DNA of 64,000 bases from the human T2T-CHM13v2.0 reference genome, Homo sapiens, in NCBI RefSeq assembly GCF_009914755.1, contig NC_060928.1; one strand, given 5' to 3'. How positions within the stretch are numbered: the stretch's first letter is position 1; the number at the start of each line of letters is the position of its first letter. The notes beneath the pieces were generated by a model, which was not told the DNA's origin, made no database searches, and saw nothing but the letters and a program-made list of their open reading frames with translations. This document shows positions 53,800 through 64,000 of the stretch, in pieces. Made by a program: the position numbers and the translations under genes.

Positions 53800-56170
53800 A
53801 CAGCTCTGAGTGCAAAATTTAAAAAAAGAAATACCAGATATTTACCTAAGCAAGAACATATATCTCATATCTAACATATTACAAATAAAATGCAGAAAAA
53901 AATCATAATATAAAGTGTTAGGAATGATCCAGATGGCTAGCAAATACAAGAAAAGTATATGGAATCTACATAAGTCTGATGAAAGTCTTTAAAAATAATT
54001 AGAAAATAGTTGGCACTATTGGGAGTTTCACAAGAGAATATGAATATATTAAAAGACTCTTAAAACATGCTAGCTGATACTTAGAACTTAATGGATGAGT
54101 TTAATTAAATATTGGAAATTGGACATGGAATAAGACAGAGGAAGATAAAGAAATTAGAAAATGCAGAACCTCAAGTACTGAGAGAAATAAATGAAAAAAC
54201 AAAACAAAACAAAACAAAAACAGAGAGATTTGGAGCATGCTCAAATGTTCCTTGTCGGTATTACTGGAATTGTAGGAAAAGAGAAAAGACTATGGGAAAG
54301 AAACAATACTCAAAGAAATAATCATCAAAAACTTATGAGAAAAAGTAAAGACACATATTCAGGTTGATAAGCAAACCCGAAGAAGAGTAGGCTTAAATAC
54401 AACCAAACCTAGCCTTATTATAGTAAAACAGATCAAAAGCAAAGATAAGAGAGAATATTAAAAATATCCACAGGGAAAGAAATGGCACATTGCCATTAAA
54501 TGAACAGCAGAAAAACAGTAACACTTGCAATGGGTTTTCAAAATAAGCATAGAAGCCAGACATCAATGAGATGATCTTTTTAATGTCTTGAAAGAAGTTT
54601 ATACCCAAGCAAAAATTATCCTTTATAAACAACAGCAAATAATTTTGGAAAACTGAAAACAGACAAGGTATAGCCATATTTGTTTAAAAATGAATACTAA
54701 ATGGAGTAATTTGATGTCAAAAACATAATCTCTGAGAAAAACAGGGATATGGAAAATGAAATGAGAAAAGAACAAAGCATAATTTTTCCAAGCATTTAAA
54801 AAGTAATTGTCATAAACACTTTCCAGAAAATAGAACAGTAGGGATAATTTTGCAACTTGTTTTGCAAAGCCAACATAACATTGCAGCCAAAACTTGATAG
54901 GAACATTATAAGGAAGAAAAAAAATTACAAGGCAATCCCTCAAAAAGCAAAAATCTATAAAAAAAATTAAAATTGTGAATTAAAACAAAGATTAAACATC
55001 AGTACAAAATTTGGATTTATTCAAGAAACTCAAGGTTCTGTAAACTTTGGAAAGTCAATCAACCTAATTTACCATAACGAAAGACATGCAGAACGATTAT
55101 TTGCTAAACTTTAAGAACCCAATGTCATTATTCCTAGCATACTAGAAATAAATCATTCTCTTAACTGAAAACATTGTCTACAAAAATTTTGGGGAGAACG
55201 GTATAATTTGTAGGATTTATTAATATGTTACTAATTAATTAATATGTTTACAACTAAGAACTAGATGAGAACCTGACAAGTGGTATTTCTACTTCTATTC
55301 AATATTATACTGAGGTTCTAGATAGTACAGTAAGGAATGAAAAGAAGCAAAACACATAAGATTTGAGAGAAAAAACTTTTATAGATGAAATACTTGTGTA
55401 TGTAAAATTCCAATTAATCTACAAATAACTTATTTGAATAGATAAGTGTTTTTAGGAAGGTTGATGGATTCAAGGTTACCTATACCATTTATTGTGTTTT
55501 TCCATACCATAAACAATTAAATATAAGCTACTATTTAATGTCAATACATTTTAATAGCATGAAAGAATCTAAAAATAAATATCTAAAGATACCTAAAAAT
55601 AAATTAAACACATAAAAATTTGTAAGACCTATACAAAATACTACAAATTATTAATGAAAATAATAAAAAGGTTAAAAAGGAAGATAAAAAATAATGGAAG
55701 TTAAAAATTAATGGAAAAATTAATGAATTATTATACCTATGGATTGCAAATAGTCAATATTATAAAAATGTCAACGGTCCCTAAGCTGATCCATAAATCC
55801 AGGGCATTCCCACCAAATATGTGAAAAACTTTAAAAGTAAAAGAACCATTAACAGACTAAAAGGTGCTCATTGTCAATAGTTACTTGTAGAATGAAGATT
55901 GAAATCAAAATGTGATATTAATACATATCTTAAAGCAGGAGTAACATAAAAAATGTTTACTTGTTAACTTACGAAAAAGGTAAAATCTAAAACTCTTCAC
56001 AGTTCTTATCTAATGGGTGGTACACTAGGGGGTCTCTGGGACTCTAGTATTTTTCTACTTTTTCATCTAGATATTGGTTACAATCATACATTCACTTTGT
56101 AGAAATTTATTGAACTCTTTATTTTTGATGTGCAATTTTCTGTGTTGTTTTACATATCAAGGAGAGCTTT
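53800..56170 (+). mobile_element. Ancient L1ME-type remnants (ORF1, ORF2 pieces, 3' end)
   Basis: ttaatggatgagtttaa..aatactcaaagaaataat (ORF1-like); gccaacataacattgcagccaaaacttg, acttctattcaatattatactgaggttctag (ORF2); ggttacaatcatacattcactttgtagaaatttattgaact (3' end). Confidence 0.65.
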
Positions 56171-56580
56171 TTAAAAAGAGTATTACTATGTGACATCTAG
56201 AGAGAGTGCCACAAAGTAACAATTAAAATTTCAATGTACTGGGAATGTATAAAATGTGTACCTATATCTACCTAGCAATTCAAACTAAAAGTCTCTTAGA
56301 AAATAGGATAGGAAATACAATATATTTTCATAAAGAGTAGTTTTAACATACTTCTTAGCAATTGATAGGTAAAACAAAACAAAAACAATGATATATTAAA
56401 CTTTGAACATTAGTAACACTATTGAGCTAATCAATTTGATAAAAGCACGTTACACATTTTTTGCTATTTTTGCAATCGTTATCAAATTGTATATCAAATT
56501 GCATCTGGTTATGCATAACAGCAGGTTATGCCAAGTCATCTTGGGGGATTTATTTTGAAAATCTGACCATAAAATATTGA

Positions 56581-56874
56581 GGCCAGGCACGGTGGCTCAC
56601 CCTTGTAATCCCAGCACTTTGGGAGGTCTAGGTGGGCAGATCATTTGAGGCCAGGTGTTTGAGACCAGACTGGCCAACATGGTGAAGACCCGTCTCTACT
56701 ACAAATACAAAAAATTAGCCCATTGCGGTGGTGGGCACCTGTTATCCCAGCTACCCAGGAGACTGAGGCAAGAGAATCTCTTGGACCTGGGAGGCGGAAG
56801 TAGCAGTTAGCTGAGATTGCTCCAGCCTGGGCGACAGAGAGAAACTCTGTCTCAAAAAAAAAAAAAAAAAAAAA
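56581..56874 (+). mobile_element. AluSx/Sz with 10-bp deletion and long TSD
   Basis: Alu dimer; TSD aaaatctg(a/t)ccataaaatat at 56558 and ~56875. Confidence 0.94.
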
Positions 56875-57323
56875 AAAATCTGTCCATAAAATATCAACAA
56901 ATTTCACAGAATTAGTATCTAGAGTGGCTTACCAAAATATAATTGTCTAAGCCTGAAATAAGAAAAAAATGATTTTTCAAACCATTTAAAAAAGACATCA
57001 CAAAACTCCTGTTAACAAAGAAGTCATAACAAAAATGAAATATGTAGAAATTGAAATGGAAAAGGGTACATATAAAAATGAGTAAGATACCACTAAAATA
57101 GAAATTAGAGGGGCTGTAATTACCTGAAATGCTTATATTAAAATAATATTGAGAATTCACAAGACATACATTTATGTTAAGAAATTCCGAAGAATAGAGG
57201 ATGAAACAATTAATCTATGTAAGCATAGAAATATGTATAATAGAAAAACTTACAATGTAAAGTGTTATCAAACCAAAAGATGCTTTTTTGTAAAGACTAA
57301 TGATATTTCTAAGATTGACTTTA

Positions 57324-57638
<315 letters not shown>

Positions 57639-57779
57639 AAAATTGACTTTAAAGGGTAAGGAGAGAGGGAGAGATGGAAGTGGAAGGTAACATTTAAAAG
57701 GAAAAGGTTCTAAATTATAATGAAGATAGACAGTATGGAAAGTGATAGAGGCTGACCAGAAATACCAAGTTTGGTTAAA

Positions 57780-59208
57780 AATCTACCTGCCAGACTTGAA
57801 AAGAAAAAACATATGGAACTTCAGGGCGGGGATAACTTAGTCTTCAAAACTAAAATTAGATGGATTAACCATCAAATAAATAGTGACCTAGAAGATAGAT
57901 CTGAGGCCCTTAATCAAATTACTGCAAAGTGAAAGAAAATGTGGAAAAAAATCAATTAAAATGTGGACTAGATTGTGAAGGTCTAATATATACTTACTAT
58001 GATAGCAATAATTGAGATTTTATAGGCTATTAGGCTAAATACAGTAATATAGTATATGAGAAATTTCCAGAATTGCTGTATAAATGGAATGTTATAGATA
58101 AGTCTTTACTCCTATGTTGAAGGATAAATAACTTTTGAGCAAAATAATAAAAACTAGCAAACAAACAAAAACAACCAAATCCACAGCTGGTTACATTGTA
58201 CAGAACTTGAAAAGATCAAAAACAAACATGTAAATGTAACCAGTGTTCCAGCTAAATTGTCATTGTAGAATAAGCAATTTCTTCTCAGCAAAAAGAGTTT
58301 AACATTACCAGATCACTGTTGAAAAAACTAAAGCAGGAGCTTCATAATACAGAAATCTAACCCCAGGAAAAATTGAGATGCCAAAAAATACAGAGAAGAG
58401 GAAGACTAAAACTAAATGTTTAGATAAATATAAATAAAAATCAGTTAAAAGGGTGTTATCTTAAAAGAAATAATAACATATATTACAAATAAATAACATG
58501 ACAGATTGAAAGGGGATCTGGGAACTATAAATTATAGTAGAATTTCAAAGTACTGGAGGAGCATAGACAGGTTGATTGACTTCATGATATTTTTAGTGAA
58601 ACATACATGTTAAAAATATAAGAAAGGAGATTAAGTATTATATTAAAGTAAACTTCCAGAGTTATAAAACACAGGAAATATTATCTGACAGCAAAAATTA
58701 AAAAGTTATCAAAGTAACAAGAAGCAGGAAAGAAGGAAATGAGACTATTCCACACCACACACAAAATGACATAAGTATAAAATAAGCCAATAGTAGCAAA
58801 TCTAAATGATCAGTAATCACTATGAATAAATACAGATTTAACTAGTTGATTAAAAGAGGAATTTTCAGATGATAATTTTTAGAATTCCTACATTTTGATG
58901 ACACAAACATGACAGATAAATTAAAAATATGATTAAAAATGATTACCCAAAGAAAGAAAATATTAACAAAAAGGAAGCCAGTATAGCTTTAATAGTATGG
59001 TAATAGACTAAAAATAAATATATATTGGAGATAAATGGTGCTCTGAAATTACATTAAAAGGAATATTCCAACAGAAAGTTACAACATGAAGTAAAAATGA
59101 ACAGAATTACAAAGAAAGGGGACAGATCTACAACTGCACTAGAAACTATTTTTGCCAGAAACTTATACACAAAACAGGGAAACACAAAAAAATACTGAGT
59201 ACATAGAA
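57780..59208 (+). mobile_element. Ancient L1M ORF1/ORF2-start remnant
   Basis: gatggattaac..tagtgacctagaagatagatctgagg (ORF1-like); agtaatcactatgaataaatacagatttaact and gaacagaattacaaagaaaggggacagatctacaa (EN-like). Confidence 0.55.
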
Positions 59209-59414
59209 TACATTAGTTCCCTTGTGATTCACAAGAGATGCATTCCAAGGCTTCTGGTAGATACTTAAAGCCATGGACAGTACCCAGTGCTATATATACT
59301 ATGTTTTTGCCTGTATATATGTAACTATGATAAAATTTCATTTATAAGTTAGGCATAGTATAAGATTAACAACAAAAACTGACAGAAAAATAGAACAATT
59401 TATAGCAATATATT

Positions 59415-59707
59415 GGCCAGGGCAGGCCTGTAATCTCAGCATTTTGGGAGGCCAAGGCAGGAGGATCCCTTGAGGCCAGGAGTTCAAAACCAGCCTGGGC
59501 AACATATAGAGATCCCAGATTTTAACAGAAAAAAAATTTTTTTTTTTTTTAATTAACCAGGCACAGCGGTGCATGCCTGTATTCTCAGCTAGTAGGCAGG
59601 CTGAGGTGGCAGGATTGCTTGAGCTAGGATATCCAGGCTGCAGTGAGTTGTGATCCTGTCACTGCACTTCAGTCTGAGAAAGACCCTGTCTCAAAAAACA
59701 AACAAAC
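59415..59707 (+). mobile_element. AluJ(o); its (CAAA)n tail continues at 60085-60095
   Basis: ggaggatcccttgaggccaggagttc..gggcaacata, ggattgcttgag, ggctgcagtgag, gaccctgtctc; TSD a(g/a)caatatatt. Confidence 0.9.
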
Positions 59708-60084
59708 TGATACGTTTGGCTCTGCGTTCCCCTCCAAATCTCACCTTGAATTGTAATTCCCATAATCCCCATGTGTCAAGGGCTGTACCAGGTGGAGGTA
59801 ATTGGATCATGGGGGCAGTTTCCCCCATGCTGTTCTCATAATATTGAGTGAGTCTCATGAGGTCTGATGGTTTCATAATCATCTGACATTTCCCCTGCTT
59901 GCACTCACTCTGTCCTGCTGCCCTGTGAAGAAGGTGCCTGCTGCTCCATTGCCTTCCACCATTATTGTAGGTTTTCTATAGCTTCCCTAGCAATGCAGAA
60001 CTGTGAGGCAATTAAACCTCTTTTCTTTATAAATTACCCAGTCTCGGGCAATTTTTTATAGCAGGATGAGAATGGACTAATACA
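59708..60084 (+). mobile_element. THE1D-like solo LTR inserted in the Alu tail
   Basis: TGATACGTTTGGCTCTGCG...GGACTAATACA; TSD CAAAC at 59703-59707 and 60085-60089. Confidence 0.94.
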
Positions 60085-60594
60085 CAAACAAACAAACAAT
60101 ATATTGTAATAAAAGTTACGTGGATGTGGTCTCTCCCTTTCTTTCAAATACCTTATTTTATGTCACATTGTTGGTCTGCAATTGACTATGGGTAACTGAA
60201 ACCTTGAAAGCAAACCATAAATAAATGAGAACAATATTGTGTATATGAAGAACACAATAAACAAATGTAGTCATAGATAGACCTCTGAACCCCCAAATTA
60301 GTGTTGCACATTCTTGAAAATATGTGTCAAATTTGATTTTAAAAGTAAGTTTTACTATATAATGAATTATCTGTTTTAATTCAGAAAAATGAATTATAAT
60401 CTTAAGCACAAAGAACATAGGATTCAATTTGACATTGAAATGGCTTAGAGAGATGAGAGAAAGTATGTGATGTTTTGGGGTAAAGGCTAATGATGTGAAT
60501 ATAACTAGAATTTTTATCTGAGAAAGTAAATAAATAGCTATATGGTATAGGTGACATTGGGTGAGAGTGTGCTTATTAACATAACAATATCTGA

Positions 60595-60785
60595 AGAATT
60601 CTTATTGTATGTTAAGCACCCTCCTAACCAACTTTCATTTACTAACTCACAGTCCTTACAGTCCTATCAGGTAGGTTTGCCCCATTTACCATGATGAAAC
60701 TGAGATACACAGAATAAAATTAGCCACTCTGAGGTGACACAGCTAGTAAAAAAGGAGACTAGAATTGGAATCCTGGAATTTGGGA
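60595..60785 (-). mobile_element. MIR
   Basis: ccccatttaccatgatgaaactgagatacacaga..gaggtgacacagctagtaa..agaattggaatcctgg (MIR core). Confidence 0.8.
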
Positions 60786-61765
60786 TCATTACTTAGACCC
60801 CGAGTTAGAAGCTGATTTAATGGCCAACTATGAAATGTTTTACAAAGGGTAATGTAGAGAAATGAAGAAACTACACTTTATTGTGAGTGAATCAAGGTTA
60901 CATGGTGATTGACTTTAGTGCCATTTCTTCACTGCAGTTTGTTTGTATTTTTACCTGAAGAAGAAAACATCAAGAATAGGAACTGACCAGGTGTCATGAA
61001 CAGGTTAGCTCTCAATCTCTGGAAATAATAGGAGTTTGTATTAAGCAATATTTTTCCTTTATGTTAGAATAAGTATCCCTACTTTGGGAGAGGTAGTCTT
61101 CTAGAAGATACATAAAATGTAAAAGTGCTACAGATTTGAAGCATGTATTTTTGACCAAATCTGCTGATAGTTATAGTTCTTTTATGAATATTACAATCCA
61201 TAACTAAGCAGAATATGTAATTTTTAAACATGAGGAAGAAACTACAGGTGACCAAAAAATGAGAATATGCTGGCATAAGCCTAGGAAGATGAGAACCAAT
61301 GATATATTTGTCCCACAGATGGCTATAAAGTTAAAAATTTCATGGGAAAAGAAGAATCTAAAGCCAAGCCTGAAGTGGTCTATTAATAGAGAAAATAAGA
61401 ATGCCAACTCTCTCACTCTAGCTACTTGAAACACCAACGAATTTAGGTGTTTACAAAATTATTGGGAAACATAGAAAATTGATTATTTCAAAATTTTATT
61501 TCTTAAAGACTGCAAAAGCAGAGACAGGTGGTGAAAGGGCCAGCATGTCTTAAGTTTTACTACAATAATTAATATTCAGACTTTATTGCTGTTAAAATGT
61601 GTATTTGTAAGGCCTACATCCAAGCATTCTGATTTCATAGGATCTCAAGCAGCATCTAGAATTCTCTATTGTTCGGCAACAACAGCTCTATTTATCCTCC
61701 GGTTAGCAACACACTTAGACATCGTTCTAGTGAATAAAAGTGCTCAAAGAGAATATACCAAATTA

Positions 61766-61900
61766 TCATTCATATATTCTTTTGCTCAACTAATATCTGA
61801 GTACTTATTTTGTGCCACACTCAATTTTGGGCCCTAAGTACAGAAAAGTGAACAAAAGAAGGGAAAAGATGCTCTTCACTGAGGGAATTCACATTCCAAT
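61766..61900 (-). mobile_element. L2 3' end
   Basis: tcattcat..caactaatatctgagtacttattttgtgccac..aagtgaacaaaag..gggaattcacattcca. Confidence 0.7.
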
Positions 61901-62344
61901 ATATGTGTTTTATCCATCACTTAAGCTGATTTCTTTTATACTGTATCTGAATGTCTGAAATACCCAACCTACCTCAATCACTTAGCATGTGACTGACTGT
62001 GATTGTTTCAATTATCCCAGTTACACCTTATTAAAAATAAATTAAAAACTCAATCCAATTCAAATAATAATTTGGCCATCATTATGATGATGATTTAGCT
62101 CTACAAAGCGTAGTTTTATTGTTTGCTTCTGTTATAATACAAGTGTGAGGACAATGAAATGTACCATAGAGTAATAATGAAGCCAGGGTTATCCAAGGTA
62201 GGATATACAGAAGTAGGTGGGACAGAAAAAGCACAAACATCTTTCACATATTGATTAAACTCTGCTCACTGCTTCAACAGTTTTGCTGCAATATCATGCC
62301 AACTTACACTCTAGCTCTGCCTGTCAACTAAAACATAGCTCTGA

Positions 62345-62800
62345 ATCATCAGTAATTATTTTCAGGAAACAAAAACAACTCTAGCTATTTGAAACACAAA
62401 TGCATTTAGGATTGTACAAAATCATCAGAAGAGATGGAAATTTGGTGGATCTCAACAATTGCTCCCACAACTGCACTAACAAACTGTCCATCCAGGGGAG
62501 CCAGCTCCATAGGGGATGTGCTGACTTGGGGAGCCTGTTACAGCAGCTGTGATCCCAAGATCTAGAAGCTGCTGTGTACTGAACTGGCTTTCAAAACCTC
62601 AAACCTAATAAAAGGACACAAAAACACCACTGCAGAAAACCCCAATGACTCTAGAACCTGGCTTGCCAGCAAGAAACAACCAAAACCAAAGAAGGATGCC
62701 AACGACTCACTTCTACCTTCAAAACATTTGCGGATGTGTCTTATTGGAAAAATCTAATTTGTATCCAAAGCCTATGAGTCTTCAGTGACTACAGGAATGT
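62345..62800. mobile_element. Probable old MLT1K/L-like LTR
   Basis: caggaaacaaaaacaactctagctattt..ttgtacaaaatcatcagaagagatgga..gtgtcttattgg; strongly diverged. Confidence 0.45.
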
Positions 62801-64000
62801 TCATTATACCATATTTGAAATGGATGCTGAGTACCAATTTATCCTGTCCTCAATAATTCCACTGTGGAAAGCAACTTGAAGAAGCTTTGTGTTGATAAAA
62901 AATTGTTTAACACAAATGGTGAAAAGGGAATATTCCTGGGAATTATTTACTATACCTCCTAAGATGAACAGGCATCACTACTTAGAACTTTTGGCACCCA
63001 GCAGATATGTATTTTTTTAATTAATTAATCGCTTTCACATTACCATTTCAATGACTGATAGACCTAGTCTCTCCTTTGACTGCATTCAGTTGTCTTAGAA
63101 TATCTAATTAGCATAAATTAATTTCTGATTAGCAGAATGCTATGGGGAACTTCATGTAACACACACTGTGTGTGTATGTTTATTTCCATCAACCATGTTC
63201 ATCATAATTAGAGCAAGAAATTTGGCAACTTACTTCAAATATATGCCAACTACTTTATAAATATCATAGAAGCTCCAAATAATGTTCTATGAGTAGTAAA
63301 TTTCCTGAATGAAGAAAATTTAAGTGATATTCCCAAAAATACAATTTATCACTGTCTTACTATGTGCTTTTCTAGATTTATCTTAATGACTATACATCAA
63401 AATTAATGCATAATTTCTTTAAACTATATAGTGTGAAGTGTCTGTTTTGTTCATAAAAATAATGATTAGATTTAATTATCAAAACAAAAGGCTAGCCATA
63501 TCTTGTTTCTTGGTTCCAGCTCTGCAGGATTTTATGTATATTAATATATGTGCACATTGATGTCTTCAGACTATGTTATCATTGTTTACCAATGATAAAA
63601 TTAGTTTCAGATACTTTTTAAAAGACACTTTATATGAAATAATTTTTGAATTAATATTAATTATTAATTAGCTTACTAATCAGCGATTCTTACTCAAAAC
63701 ATTTTAATTCTTATCTGTTTTAAAAATACTATATTTATCACATGTAAAATGCTTATATCAGTATTTTTGTTATCTGCTTTTATGTTTTCTGCTAAATGTT
63801 GTATTTACTTATTGGGATTCTTGAAACTATATAGAAATGTTTCAAAGTTTAAAAAAAAAGGCTTAAAACCCAAAACTGAATAAAATACTTCCCACCTTTA
63901 AAATGACTGAGCCAAATTCACAGTGAAATAATTTTGTTTGCATTTTCCCTGTTGAATAATATTTTGCATCTGGCCTTTTTAATTATATTAAAAATGTCTT

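Larger units (their letters stand above)
59211..60239 (+). mobile_element. MER44A (TcMar-Tigger MITE), split by AluJ and THE1
   Basis: ctatatatactatgtttt..ttataagttaggcatagt..aaaatagaacaatt | gtaataaaagttacgtggatgtggtctctc..ggtaactgaaacc; TA at the left end. Confidence 0.85.

Overview
AT-rich, repeat-dense primate (human-like) genomic DNA, either intergenic or deep intronic. I can support no protein-coding gene. The recognisable ORFs are decayed L1, Alu, MaLR or ERV1 sequence; the rest are short, low-complexity or unassignable. Content: 12 Alus (J/S/Y), many L1 fragments (L1PA, L1PB1, L1MA, L1MC, old L1M), a complete two-LTR MSTA element nested in L1PB1, a truncated THE1 element, THE1 solo LTRs, a MER52 solo LTR, Tigger3 and MER44 DNA transposons, MIR/L2 relics, and one full-length U1 snRNA retropseudogene (4612-4775, minus strand). 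Best observations: (1) read on the plus strand, the U1 copy is a complete 153-nt cassette exon with a polypyrimidine-CAG acceptor and a perfect CAG/GTAAGTAT donor, with stops in all frames; (2) an old local duplication (1664-2405 vs 3829-4889) whose first copy keeps the empty sites of the Alu and U1 insertions in the second; (3) a 231-bp locally templated insertion copying an MSTA/L1 junction into the middle of an Alu 1.75 kb away; (4) a collapsed and scrambled L1MA; (5) four-level TE nesting. I found no convincing new gene system. Subfamily calls come from recalled consensus sequences read by eye and need RepeatMasker/Dfam confirmation.
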